Part shown: positions 1-13,800 of the stretch, one piece after another
Layout: each line of letters opens with the position of its first letter
Numbering within the stretch: position 1 is the stretch's first letter
From: Catajapyx aquilonaris
Taxonomy: Eukaryota
Assembly (NCBI GenBank): GCA_000934665.2
Contig: JYFJ02000606.1
Span: forward strand, 1 to 64,000
Direction of reading: 5' to 3'
DNA length: 64,000 nucleotides
The notes under the pieces: model-generated
What the model saw: only the letters and a program-made list of their open reading frames with translations
Database searches by the model: none
What the model was told of the DNA's origin: nothing
Program-made: the position numbers and the translations under genes

Positions 1-3000
1 AGATGAATGTAAGTTTTTTATGCAAAATATTGGCAACGTGATACACCTAGTATAAAATTTTATAAGCACCTACAGGCTACAGCACTAAAGTACTCTCGAG
101 AATTACTAAAATCAAGAGATGCAAAAACCAAACATGACTGGCATCTGAAAATCTCCATATCCATCACTTTATTTAAAAAGAATTTTGAGAGAGCTTTGCA
201 TTACATTCTTTTATCAAATCCATTGCATTTTTATTGCATTCAAGCTGCGTTCTTCCTACCGCTGAATGACACTCCCCCGCAAAAAAAAGATCTAAATTTT
301 TCTATCTCTGAAACGACAACATTCCAGCAGCGCACAATATTCCTCTAATTGAAATCTGTCCCGAAGGATGTAATTCCCCACTGAATATTTGCTGGTAGGT
401 ATTTGGAACTCCCTGAAATGACTGTACCGGATAAAAAAAACCGGGCGAAGACGAAAGAAAAGTAAGTTTTCCAAAAAAAAAAACGGGTCCAACTTCTGGG
501 AGAAGGTAGGTCCCCCGGAAAAGAGGACCGTGCTGGGTCCTACTTGTAGGACACTGATTGAATGAGACAGTCTCGGGAATTACCGCTTTCCAGGTTTCCT
601 CTCCGATACGCCAATCTTGTCGGGGGTTGAGGGGGGGCCGAGAGTTTCCAGTTTCTCCGTAATAAAAACCTCCCCGAAGGCTTGTGGCCGAAATGTGCTC
701 CTTGTTGCCCGCGTCCAGGTCGTAAAAGGTCAGATTTCCGGAGGCCCAACAAGTTGCAGGCCCCTCCAAATATAAATGACTCGTGTCAGGCGTCCGACGC
801 AGAGTTTTATTCGTTTTAAAACTGGTTGCTGCAATTTCACCACGGCGTTGTACGAAATAATTTTCCGAGTGACACCTGCTTATTATCACGTCTGGTATCT
901 GGTATCTGGTATACTGTATCATGCGACAAAACGAGCGCATAAGGTTGACACATTATAGAGTTATCTTTTAGCAGGAGTTAAATTTCGCTAACAGTGCGAT
1001 TTAGATAAACGAGATGTTAAGCACGTGATCTATGAGCTTAAGGATTGGGAAAGGGTTGTTATTTTATCTGACATATACGTAATATGCAGGGATCGCATGT
1101 TGCGAGAGTCGGATGATGCGGAATATTGGGCTGGAAAATAAGTACTGTAGTGTTCTGATAACGCTTCCCATTAGACTGGGTACCTGATGCAGTTGGCTTA
1201 GCAATATTTGAGTTTGTAATTCAGGTTAATCGCCAGAAGGTATATTTCATTTTTCCAGTTAAAAAATTAGGTCACCCTTAATTCCTGAGGGGTTGAAAGC
1301 TTTATTGTTAACTACGCCCCAAAAATTATTGCTTACAGTATATGGATTGAGTGTTGAACAGTAGTGTGCGAACTTATATTTTGACAATGACTGGCATAAT
1401 AAGTTGCTGCTGAAATGTCCAGAGAGGCCAGTTATTATTCCCAAAAATGGCAAAATGCCTGATAAGCAGGTGTTGACATGTGTGCCACTTTTCGGCCACT
1501 ATTTTCTCCCCACCTTCTGGCATAATGAGGAAGATTACACGAAACGCTTTCCTGTCACGGCGATAAGCAATCTTGTGTCCCAGACGTGCGTATATATAAG
1601 ACCGGGCGTTCCCTGAGAAACGCGGAATCTCCCCTTCACTATATAGGAAAGAGCAATTTTCTCTCCCTAAATCCATTTAATTCCCGGCCAAGAGCAAAGC
1701 ACCAGTCAAGTAGCAGAGTGGTCACGGCCAGATTAGAGCCAGCCATAATACCCATGTTGGTACAGACCTAGACCTCTTAGAGTTGGTGCTGCTTGGCCGA
1801 GGGAAAAGGCGACGTTTTGCATCTCTTTATCACGCCGCATTTACATAAGCCGGCTTTCGAGGTTGTTGGCAGGTTTTACCGTCTAAGGTTTTCTCCCCCA
1901 ACCCACCCACCCCACCCACCCCGCATTGCATTGTCCCCATTACTATTCAAACCAGGCGACCAAAAGCTCCATTACTTCCCTCGAACCGTATTAAAAGTGA
2001 AAGCGAGCAGCAGTCCTCTTACAAATGGCCTGCGATGGCCCCCAGTTGCTCTTATTGCCACAACCTTCTTCGTCATAAAAAGCGACGAGGAAATGCGATT
2101 GCTGCCAAATACGCCGGACTAGAGAGGAAGAGGAGGGGGGAAAAAAACTTCAGAGTTGATTATACTTCGTAGTAATTTTTCTCTCACGGTTGGAAGGACT
2201 CGAACTCGCTGAGGATTCATGGTTAACTGGGGAATACGCTGATTTCCAGCCATTACTTGTCGCTCCTGATATTCCTAAAGCTCGGTTTTCTAGGAAAAGG
2301 GGGCTCTTTTTTTAAGCTGTATGGTGATCGCGTCGGAATAGTGCGATGCTCTATTTGGCTCCGTTTATGCCCGGTTACATTGGCAATCCGGGAGGGGCCT
2401 GAAGAGTCGAGAGTTATGGCTGGCATAACGCTCAAGGAGTGTAATCACTTATGCCCGTGCGGAGCTAAGTACCAGCACTTGGTCAAGTTGAGTAAGTGGC
2501 CCCAAGCATGTTTTGCAGGATTTATCAAAATTTAAAATGTTTTGCCCCCGATTCCATTCTGGGGGCTGATGAGAGACTAAATGTATGCGAAAGGGTTGGG
2601 GGGAAAATGGCATGTGGAATTATGACATTTTGCGCTCTGTTGTGCAGGCTAATCCAGGCGGATTGACCGTTCCGGAGCATGTGAATGGGCCAATATGGAG
2701 CACGAGTCGAAGTTTATCTGTGTGTATAAATAGTGGTGGTCTATTTGTTTTTTAAAAAAATGGTTTACTTCAGACACTATTTCTCCCTGGATTGCTTGCA
2801 CTAGATGTGCTGGCCAGTTAAGGGTTCACTTCTGGCTGCTAATTCCATGGTAAACCGACGGTGTGTCCTGGTAACCGAACCGGACATAGCGCACCCCTAA
2901 GTTGTACAATCTGTGGGTCCACACCGCAGTGTGTATGCAAAAACCCCGGAATTTTAAAGTTGCTTACACACTACCCGGTTGCGCTTGCATTATTCATACC

Positions 3001-3819
3001 TTTTTGTCCGGGCCATCAATGCGCACAATAGTGCTCTACTTAACTTACAGCTCATTAGTAGTGTAACAGCGCTGCTTTGTATTTTATTAATTCATATTTG
3101 AAAATGTACTTTTAAAATTTGTGTTTATTTTATCAATATTTCTGTACATTCATGTAAAAAGATGTTGATATCGTTTTACGCGAAAATGTATTATGTGTAG
3201 CATATTATCATTAATGTCCTCAAGTCATATTTTTCTCCGAAGATATGTCAATGTTTTCTGATTCAGCCTGTAGTTCGCATTGCAAATTGCCTTAAAACTG
3301 TGAGAGGTTCATGAACTCTCTCTTTTTTTCCTCTGTAAAAGTCAGTGTAGTTATTCTGCAGCCACATTCCCCTCCCGAAAGAGGTCCTTTTTAGTGACTT
3401 TTGCCCCCCCCCTCTCTCTGACCGAAATTATTGCCCCGGCAATTAAGCCAAAGTATCCAGCGTATTGTTCTGGCATGTCTACTTTGAACCGAGCCCCCGG
3501 AGTCCTCAAGAGAGAGAGACTCCTGGAAGGAGAAAAAGAAGATTCCCTCTTGATAAGACTTGGCGTTCATTTTAGGCGGAGACCACCTGGGGGGTAGAGC
3601 TGAAGTAAGAAGCGCAAGAACCAAATTAACCATCTCAAGTCTCAAGAAAAAGGAGGCCGGGGACCTAACGATCCAGTACTGGGAATTGCCAATTTGTGTG
3701 TCACATGGAGTTGGGGTGGAGCTGGATGCTTGCGGAAAATGAGTCCTCCACTCCTGCACCCTAATACTCTTTTTTAGTCTTAAAAAAAAGTGGAAGCCAG
3801 ATTGTTCCAGACAAACTTG

Positions 3820-3837
3820 NGGGGGGGGGGGGGGGGG
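3820..3837. other. Ambiguous base N followed by a poly-G run (assembly uncertainty)
   Basis: Single n at 3820 immediately before a run of about 17 G. Confidence 0.8.
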
Positions 3838-5447
3838 TGAGATTTGGATTATGTTGCATGATTTGCGGTTGTGTGCTTGGGAGTTAAGTTGTGACGAATT
3901 TGCAAGATGAAAGGGTCGTGAAAAAAGTGAAGGAGAGCTAATGGGGTTAAGGAAAGGGAATGGCGTGTGTGCAAATCCTATGCCAAATCGTTACTGTAGC
4001 ACAGTTTGAATTGTGGGGGAAATATCGGAGAATAAAAAAAACTCTCGATGCAGTGAAAATATTTCAGCAACCTTTTCACAATTCAGTTGTTACTCGAGCA
4101 ATACTTCTAGCGTACATGAGAAGAACCGGGTCTGACTTTACAACGCGCAATAGTAGGGTCAGTGACGCCTTCCAGCACCGCATTAGGCAAGTTCAAAGTC
4201 AGATCCAGAGAAAGAAACATTTCTCCACAGTTCAAGATGGTACCTCAGAGGCCTATATCCACTGCGAAATGCAGGATATCTTTCCTTCCCTTTCTACTTT
4301 ATCCGGGGCACATAATCCTCTCATATTGGGCATTAAGAAGGCGGACATTAACGTCTGAAGCGGGAAAGAGCTTTGAACGGCAGTTGCAGCTGATGAGCCT
4401 CCCCTGTTTTCATCCGAGCCCTAATCTCTCCCCTCCGAGCAATATTCAATATAAACGGGCCGACCCGACCAGAAAACGAGGTCAATGTGTTGTAAGGCTA
4501 CTACTAGACAGAAGACAGGCCCAGGTTTAACCCCTTCTGCACCCTGACCTGTGGCACTCCATTTATCTGGCGCTTTTCATTACGACAATGCTTCTCTTCT
4601 TCCCTCGGGGAAAAGCAAACCAACCAGGTATAGATTTTAAGGGACACTTTGCAGTAGTTTCCGGGAGAAGCTTTCCAAGTTTTCTCCAGCGACACGAGTC
4701 CCCCTTGACGTTGTTGGGAGAGGGAAGGGGATAGAGAAACGTGCTCTTCTCATGTATTATTTACAGTTAACTCACGCTCGCCCCCTGCTTTACCCAGCGA
4801 GCTTCTAATTTGCTGCCGAGAGGAGTTGGGAGACTGGCCTTTTCAAAGCTCCTGGGACGGGTTTCAAATAGTTGTGCGGTCTCTGGGAACCCTGCTAATT
4901 GAGCTCTGCGTGTAAACCTGCAGCGTGCTCTACGGATTACTGTGGGAAAACTCGCAGAAATGCCGGTTCTATTGTGTATATCGAGAAAGTTGGGAGGCCC
5001 AGGTGATTGATCGTAACTGTTAGGTATAGTGGTCCTAATGCCCTCTGTAAATCTCAGGTTGGTGAAAAAAAAGGGGAAGGTAAATTCCACAGCAATTCTG
5101 CTGGCCACGGTTCAAATCAGATCAAGACCTGTATAGAACAGTAATTCAATTTACATTATAATGTATCATAGTTGTGAAAATCAGTCTACATACGAACAAA
5201 GTCACGGACAAACCAGAGAGTAGCAATCTAGCTGATTCGATTCCAAAGTTAGCCACCGTGCCGAAGTTTTTGGCGGATCTGCTCTGTAGAGAGTACTCTC
5301 TCTCTCCCTCCCCAAGATCTCCTAATTGAAGTGCGGTGTCATTGGGAGGGGTATGGGTGTCCGGAACATTTAATCGAACTGCCTCTTTGCCTTCTTCCCT
5401 CTATCTGGACTGGCAAACTGGAGGCTTGCTGGAAAATGTAATCTTAC

Positions 5448-5598
5448 CGCACAAGTTCTCCGTCCTTCCTCCATGTCACGTGATGCTCGTCAGTGTCCAC
5501 ATGGCGCACGATGCAGGTCAGCTCGATAGTGCTCCCGGCTCGCAGATACCGATCTACCACCTCGTAACCTCTCTCGTCCACAATGTGCATCTCGGGAG
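5448..5598 (-). CDS. dpr: Dpr-family Ig protein, coding exon 4 (first half of Ig2: APEMHIVDERGYEVVDRYLRAGSTIELTCIVRHVDTDEHHVTWRKDGELVR); gene continues beyond the left edge
   Basis: Acceptor tttctccacag|CT completes G+CT=Ala in frame with exon 3. GSTIELTC...VTW is typical of Dpr Ig2. Donor CG|GTAAGA is phase 2. I found no exon with the second Ig2 Cys (DxGxYxC) in 1-5447. Confidence 0.95.
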
Positions 5599-7478
5599 CT
5601 GTGGAGAAAGCGAAACTCTGTAGAGAAACATAAGAGGAGGAGGAAAAGTTCTTCTGTAGATTGCTGGAGAGCGAAAGAAATGGTTGAAAGCAATGATAAA
5701 TACTAATTCGAGACCACAAAGGGCGCCATGACACTTTAGGACAAAATAGCCGCTATTGTGATATTCGCTATTTTCTATTTAATCACTACAAATAGCATTC
5801 TCCACACTCTGAGCAAGCGGAGAGAGCTATTGAGAGCGACACAATTTACCAAAGAGTGAGTAATGCTTGTACCGTGCAGATTGGTCGTAGTTGAAGGAAC
5901 GGAAAAAGGGGAGAAATAGTCGAAAGTGATCTGTCTTGATCATTCATTGGAGAAATCTGATTTTCACAAAAACGCGAAGGCATGATTGCACACTCATGGG
6001 AGAGAAAAAAATAATAATGTCTTGAGATTAATCGCACGCATTTCAAGCCGGGTTTGCTGCTCAAAGAGAAGAAAGTGGTCATGTATAGCATCACATTTGT
6101 ATTTTTTTTGGTGCCGTGCTTGCTTTTTCGTGACCGATTCGTTCCCGTTTGTTCGCGCCCCTTTCTACCTGTATTTGCACTCTATTAGTGTTTTGGAGTG
6201 TTATAAAGAGTAGTGTGCAATTAATTGTGATATTAAATTAAGGCAAGTTGAAATAAATTATTAGTTCAAGCAATTTGTGTAGACTTAAAATATTTGCTAA
6301 TGAATTTTTCTAATTCAAGAAAAGGAGCATTAAAAAATTCGCCCTGATTGCGTTTGTTATTAATAGTCGTTTAGTTACTGCCAGTAATATTCAGGCCGAA
6401 TTTGTTTTGCTAAGTGTGGTGCTCCATTTGTAAGTAATTGTCTATAATTTTAAACATCAATATGACGGTCTGGAACTTAAGAGGGAGTCAAAACACTTGA
6501 TTTTTTTTTAAATAAGAGGGGATGTTATCTTCTCTATTCTCCGCCTATTTGCCTCTCACCAATTTTTTTATCACAAACCGGCACCAGTTTTGCGCGTGTT
6601 ACTGAAAAAAGTTTTCTGTCCACACTTTCTTCTCCCATAATATGTCCATTACGGTGACAAAAGAAGCAGAGAAGAAAAGGGAATTTCCACTGCAGAGGAT
6701 TCCGAGACGTACAGGGGCCTTTGAAAAATCTTTCTTCCCAGCTGAGTTGCTCCACTGCATTTTTTTTTAAAAGAAGGAAGTTTTTTTTTGTGTGTGCACT
6801 TTCTCAAATGGCTCTCTCACAATCATTTTCAAAAAAACATAAAAGTTCGAACTCTGGAGGTACTTCCCAGTTTACGCAACCAGCTGCCAGCTCTGACAAC
6901 AACAAGGATGGAAAAAAAACCGTTTTCCAAGTCGTTTTGTCATAAAATAAAAATACTCTGCGTGCGGATCCCGCTCTCAATTTGGATCCTGACGAAAAAA
7001 TAGTGTACCGGCAAGGCTTTTTAGGAGGCAGAAACGATGCTTCTGACGACAGAACTGGGGGGTCCTTTTTTATACCTCGAGTTTGACGAGAACAATAGAC
7101 GGTCAATATTTGTGGGGGGTAGACCTGGCCACAATTCTAGACCTAGTGACCACTAAAAACCGTGCCTTGATGGGTCCTCCGATGCCTCTTTCCGTACGCG
7201 TCCACTTTATTACGGGATAAAAATGTCCGGAGACCGTAAAGAGAAAAGTGTCATTTTAGAAGGGTGGAAGGGTCACCCCTTTCATCCGAAAAACGCTGGG
7301 CAGGGACCCACTAGATGGACAGCAGCTTGACCAAATGGACCAGAAACGAGACGAGATGGAGTTCGGAGTGGATATCTCCCGGAATGCTCAGCATCTTTTA
7401 TCACATACAAATGACCCGCAATTTTTTGTCGAGGAAAGTACATGCAGAAAAGTATATGGATTTGGTTAGCAGTGATCA

Positions 7479-7812
7479 TTAGGGCCTACTGTACGAGTAC
7501 ATGATTTTTTTATACGAACACAACCAAGTGCGCACCCACACTCACGCAGCTCCATTGTTCTGACAAAAAAGTTACTCCCAAGGAGCTTCTGGGGTTGGTT
7601 CTAGATCTGGAGACTTGGCAACTTCGCAGACGTAGGCCAATTTGTCCCCCAAGCGTAGCGTTGGAAATAAGTGCAGCTCTTATTTACCAGTGCATCCACT
7701 ATTCAACGAACTTACGAGCTATCATTGATAATGCTAACCGTGTACGCTGCATAGTGTGGTGCGCACTCGGTTGCGTTTGTTCAAAAATTCAACTATAGTC
7801 TAGTATTCTTAA
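7479..7812. mobile_element. Degenerate inverted-repeat element (probable old MITE)
   Basis: Arm 7506-7550 (TTTTTATACGAACACAACCAAGTGCGCACCCACACTCACGCAGC) matches the reverse complement of 7746-7787 (TTTTTGAACAAACGCAACCGAGTGCGCACCACACTATGCAGC). Weaker similarity extends out to TTA/TAA-bounded ends, so the outer limits are approximate. Confidence 0.55.
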
Positions 7813-10800
7813 GAAATAGCAGTGATTTCATTATTAGCTTTTTAAAACCACAGTGACAAAATAGTAATTTGCTGTTTTTAAGTCGTGGTGATGAATAGCT
7901 GCGATTTTTGACACACTGTGAAAAGATCGACGGATTTGTTCTCGTTTCAAAACAGATTTCCTGGGTACAACGTAGTTAGAGGTTTTCAGAGGCCAGGCAT
8001 TTCCCTCCTTTTTTTCAGGCCGATATTTCTTCATTACCTAAAAGCACTCGAGGCCCTCTCGCTCTCGTGTTGAGTTACAAACAGGTCGAAGTGAAGCGCA
8101 ATTTTTTTCTTCTCTATCTCTCTCCAGCTCTCATCCACCGAGATTATCATCTTCACCCTGGGGTTTTAAAAGCCAGACGGTGCCATAAACGGAAAAGAAA
8201 TTTTACGGTCGTTTTGCTAAAAAGAACGCTGAAGGCGCCATAGTTATGAAATATTTTGTTGTGAAATTAATATCCAGGAAGGAACTGACTAAACGAGCAA
8301 TATTCTAGCTAACGATTTGTTTATCTTCACCTGCTCGTATCGATAGCCAAAAAAAAGTACCTCCTCTGATGGCCATTATTTGTTGTTGATGCTGTTGGAA
8401 AGAGTCCTCCCGGCGGCTATATCGGCGAGTGCGATACAACATAAGCTTTGATAGCAGCCGCCGAATTCGCAATCTAAATTGGGTCCCGGCTTGTTGCGGG
8501 CCGATGCAACACCTAGTCGTTTCGGGGCCAAGTTGAGCCTATTTCGGGCCTTTTCGAGCGGCAATTCCCGAGGATATCTGGTCGCTGGGTGGGACCTGCG
8601 CCTGGGTGCAAAAAAAGAGAGAACCGCAGCATAGGGTGCTGCATATTCTCCGGATGATATTCACAAGAGGTCCCCTTAACTCCTGGCCTGAAGCACACAC
8701 AGAAAAAAGGGATATCCCGTCACCTCAGCCTGGGAAAAAATCGATCTAAACTAAGCCTATTAGTCGGGGGGTCTTTGTTTCAGGCACTTTTTACGTATAT
8801 ATTCCGAACCGCTTCTGAAAGATTTGCGTGCAAAATGTGGCTGCACTTTCACCAGGAAGCCCAGTAGGTCGCTCAACTTTATACCTTTTTTGTCGCTAAA
8901 AGTGTGCAAGGGCAAGAATTTGGCAGAAACGTCACGGGAATGGCCCTGAAAAGAAAAGAAAAAATCCCGGTTTTTATTGGCTTGCTCCCTCGACTGTCTG
9001 AAAGCTCAGGTAACGAAAGGATTTTCCTCGAGGCTCAATATTTGCTCTGGAATTGCGGGGGGTCAGATTCCGTCCCGTTTCTCTGGAATGACACTGTCAA
9101 ATTAACAGAAGTGCCGGAAATATTTGGGCTTGGGCGCGTTTCGAATATTTTTTAAAATTTCGCAAGTGTTGCATGTTTAGAGATTCATAACATGTTAAAA
9201 TTTTGTGACCGTTTCTAGACAAAATTGCAATAGTTGATGTTGGATTTGGCAACAAGGCTGATGTGTGAAGGATTTAAAATAATCCTAATTACCTGGCTTG
9301 GGAGTTAAACATTATATTGCGCATAATGCACGGATAGGATTATCAGAAAGTCTGAAAGCCACAATTAGAGAGTGGTTCTTGCGAACTGTACTGTACGGAG
9401 AGGCTTCATTTTCAGGAGAGCAGTTTTAGCTGCGAGGCTCTTTGCTGCTGCATCTCTGTGGTAGTACTACTGCACTAACTAAAATACTGGGCACATATAT
9501 ATTCTCCAGCTAAGGCCAATAACCCTTCCAGCCGGCAGGCTTATTTTTGGCCATCTGGGAGTGAAATATGCATTTGTGAACTTGTATACATAGCCCTGGA
9601 CGCAAAGGCGGAACCGGATTACTGGACCTGCGGATAAAGCAGTTTTAAAACGTGGAGGCAGAAACAAAGTTGTTTGTCAGGACCGGTTAAAGAGGATGAA
9701 GAATTAGGCCCCAAATTTTTTTTTGGGACCATGAAAAAACACCGGCTCACATCTGGCATAAATAACGAAGAATCTGACATCTCCCGTTCCGCAATATTTA
9801 TCTCAGTTAAACACAGCCACTGAACAAATTTTACAGCCTTGCTCAAGCTTCCAGTCTGTTTACATACTCTCAGGCTGCAGGAGTAAGGCACAAAAAAAAA
9901 TCCGGGCAACAAAAACCTTGAAGTATGCCTCTCCCATCCCTCTTGGAAATGCAGGAATTTGAGGGTTAAAGAAATTGAAGGCAGATCCTGAAGTTGGGTG
10001 AGGCGTCTCGGGCGTCGCTTTGGAAAGAAAGCAAAAGCAGATTCGCTTGAAGGAATCCGCCTCGACTTGACGGTGATACCACTTCAACCGACTCCTTTTG
10101 CTGGAATTGTGAGGTCTCTCTCTCTCTCCTTCGTCTTCAGTGCACCTTTTTTTTCATCCCCCAGAATAACTCTTGCCAAGCAAGCAAGCACCCCTCGTAA
10201 GCCGCAGAGGCAGTTACTTCCATTAGCGAGCATAAACAACTCATTAAACGAGTTATCTGCCGGAAAATACCGTGGGGCAGGGCAGTATAGCGCTATGGCG
10301 TCTGCTCGGATCACTTGTGTTTGCAAAAAGCTATACAAAGAGCTGTACCTGTGACTCCCCAAATATTAATTTAATTTGGCCATATCACTGGCCATTATAC
10401 AGCATCATAATATTATCAATGGCCTTACTGTACAGTACATGTCTACAAAGATATCAGAGTCAAAAGTGTGCCTGCATGGCATGATCCTTCTTTCAAATCA
10501 GCTCAAATGATTTTGAAAGTACGCTTTTTTTGTTGAAAAAACCAGGGCTCGGAGTTAGTTACTTTTGCACAAGCGTCACCTCCCACACTCTCCCCAACAG
10601 CTGAGAGGAAAAGAGCCCACCCCCCTTTTAGGATTACCATTTGTTAAAACATAATGGGCCTGTAAAATTCAGGATCGCCGACATGCAGTCAGGCCTTTTC
10701 GGTTTCCTGCAAACATTCCAACTTTACACTTCGGTATTACAGTAAAACCGTGTTATGAAGCTAATAAACCGAATTACGAATGCAGTGTCCTGAGCCTTAT

Positions 10801-13800
10801 TCCGCAACACCCGGAGCACAAGTCGTGATTTAGAATGATGCACAAAATATTTTCTAACCAGACACACATTTTGCACAAATTTGAGGCATTTTTTGGCCAC
10901 ATTTCTAGATAGTGTGTATCTCTATATGAAACGGCCCAAACCAAAATCTCTATCGGAATCACATGTGCTGAGCTTTTTTCTGCAGCAACCTGTATGCCTA
11001 GCTGCGACAAAAATCAGCACACGTCTGTCCAAGTGACCTGGCAAAAGAGAGGCATTTGCATGCTGCTGGGCAAACCTCTGCCATGTAAAAGCCGGTAGAC
11101 AACTCTTTGGGTTGCAGCAATCCGGATACCTGAAGCGTACAGTTCTCCCAAAAGCCATTTGCACGGTGAAAGAATCCTACCGGATAGAGTATAGGATGAA
11201 TCCCAAAAAAAAGAGTACCCTACTGTGGGAAGGCTTACATTCCATGCGGAGTTCATTAATTCCACTTACGGCTTTAAATTGTCATCAAAGGTTGGCCAAC
11301 TCTATGAAGAGAGTGGGAAAATTTTGGAAAATCATTTGGCAGTTTTTTTTGGAAAACCCTCACCCATTCAAAGGGGGATTTTAATAGACCTTATTACGCC
11401 GGGATTCATAATGAGCTAATGAAATAATTATGGTAAATATTTCCGCATCAATTAACTGTTACACGTTGTGTAAAAAATTCAATTTGCGCGCTTCCCCTAC
11501 TCGATCGAGTTGTTCCCTTCCATTCATAGTGCGGCAACAAATTGCGTGCATGATTGGACGATTGTTGACGGTGTTTGTAGACAATTGTGCTGGAGTTTAC
11601 ACCAACTTTTGTTAAAAAGTAGGATTGTGCATCAGTGTTATGTGACAACAAAGTGGTCACTGTGTGTGAGAGCTAAAATTTCGAGGATCCGAGGCAACTG
11701 AGGCCATAGAATGATGTGATGTCACTTGATGCGTGGAAGTCTTCCAGCACGGTGCGGAACTAGGCTGCGAAACATCGATCCATTCTTCCTTGCTCCAAAA
11801 CCCCTGGTGTGACCCCTAGAGGTGGTCAGCTGCTGGACTCCCCCCGAATAAATAAAATAAATTTTTCTGCCCACATTTCTTCGCCGAATCGTCGCACACA
11901 CTACACAAGGCAGGCCCTTCCCGAGCTGACTGAATTCCAAACCATCGCCAAGTCTTATTGCATTACTTTCAGTGAAGTTGGAATTGGATCGTATGTCAAC
12001 AGTGGAGGCGAGGCAGACCGTTTTGGAGGATACGCAAATACTCGTAGAATTTCAACTAGCACTTTAGAAGCGCCTCCCCGACCTGTCAAAGGACCCACTG
12101 CGATGCTCCAGAGAATCTTATCTGTCATTCAAGGTTTGCGCGAATATATACATGGGAGACCCAGAGTATATTCGAGACAGAAACACTAGAATTTGTGCTG
12201 AGCGGATTTTTCCGTGTGCAGTTTTTTTTTTTGGCAGCCAACCTTGAACCGCGCTCGACTGACAGATTTGGCCATTTGCACAAAAAATGAGGACAGACTA
12301 TCTGTAGTACATGCCTACAATTCAAAAGAGGCGTCTGCAAATATGGCTAAATGGCCCATATTTACACGCTCGGTCCAGGAGGAGACTTTTTTTGCACAAA
12401 AATATGTGGCTGTCATACGGGCGATAATTTCAAGCCTATTTTTTTTGGAATGGGTACGTCGCTAACCGGTGGACAAAAAAATGAGGGCCTCGATTGCAGT
12501 CATCTCTGTCTCAAACAAACGGTCAGTGAGGCATCACATGTCCGAGCTTAATAGGCAATTACATGCAGATGCGTGAAGTTTGCGGGCTGAAATCGGCAGC
12601 TCCAATTACCAGCACGACATCGATCGTATCTCAACTGCCATTTTTTCATAAAACTGTGCATGGTTCTAAAACCACAAACGTATAATTATGTCATTATTAC
12701 ATTTTTTTCGGAAAGAAAATCAGAACTACTTTTTAAGAATCTTGACAGGTTGACATTGGTTTTATTTGGGAAGGAATGAGACGCAGTGAGCTGATGACGC
12801 GCATAATTTTTTAAAGCATATAAACTGTAGCCTAATGACGTAGCATGTGATCAATAAGCGGCTGCATATTTTTGCACAGTTTACTGCCTTGTAAAATAGC
12901 GTTTGTTTATGCAGCGTTCTAACGGTACACAATCCGATAAAAGTTCCCTTGCAGAAAACTTTTTTGCCTCCAGCTGTTATCAGGCAGACTGGAAAAAAGA
13001 TCTCGCAGAAAAAAATTCGCAAATTCCGTCTTTAATGACGTGACACCAAAAATTTACTCCGTTTTTTTCCGCAACTGGTAGTGAAACTTGTTCAGACGGA
13101 AGTCGCCTTAAACCCAAAAGTGATGGGTGCATTCAGTTCATTGTTTTTTTCGGTGTTGTGATCTATCGAGCGGACACAGAAAATTGCGAGCCAAAGATGT
13201 TGATGGCTGCCGTAAGACCGCAAAAGGCTTCGAGAAGAATATATAATTTTTCTTGCTCTATTTTTTTTACTCTCTCCCAAGCCTATGATATACCAGCATG
13301 CTAAATGAAAAATGCACCACTCTGTCTCCCAGCTGGATATCACATTTCATTTCCAGAACTCGGGCTAGCAGAAAAGCAGACGACCTGCTGCCGTGTATGC
13401 ATCTATAAATTTTTATGATAGACTTGTGCTCCTGCAGTGGCTATGACTACACCCAGAAAAAAAATAGCCGGCAGAAAAATAAAGCTACGGGAAAAACTTG
13501 GTAATAAAATAATGTTTGCCTCCTTTTCCTTTTCGGCTGAGAAAATGCCCGCTATTTGCAATTTGCAGAGAGTGATGTTGCAAAAAAAAAGAAGTCGGCG
13601 CTACTTGTGCGAACTTTTGCAGCCATAATAAGGATTGCAAGTTTTTAAAAGGGGGGCTAGGAGAAGAACGCCCTTGGGAAAATACCCACCTGCTTAATTT
13701 TGAAACGGTTCCCTAAGTACCTTGTACAGCTCAAAGAGCAACGGTAGACGTAAAAAAAAGGGAGTTTCTCTGGTGTGGTAAACACATACGACACTTCGGG

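Noticed and set aside
302..940. Longest ORF in the track (212 aa, minus strand)
   Set aside because: No recognisable domain and no Ig2 DxGxYxC motif. It runs through homopolymer tracts and lies in the Dpr intron; likely a chance ORF.
4504..4695. ASPGNYC peptide as a possible next Ig2 exon
   Set aside because: Spacing does not fit DxGxYxC, and there is no preceding Dpr-like Ig2 strand or convincing phase-2 acceptor.
10738..10762. TA-CAGTAAAACCGTGTTATGAAG, resembling a pogo/Tigger-type terminus
   Set aside because: No inverted partner found in the window.
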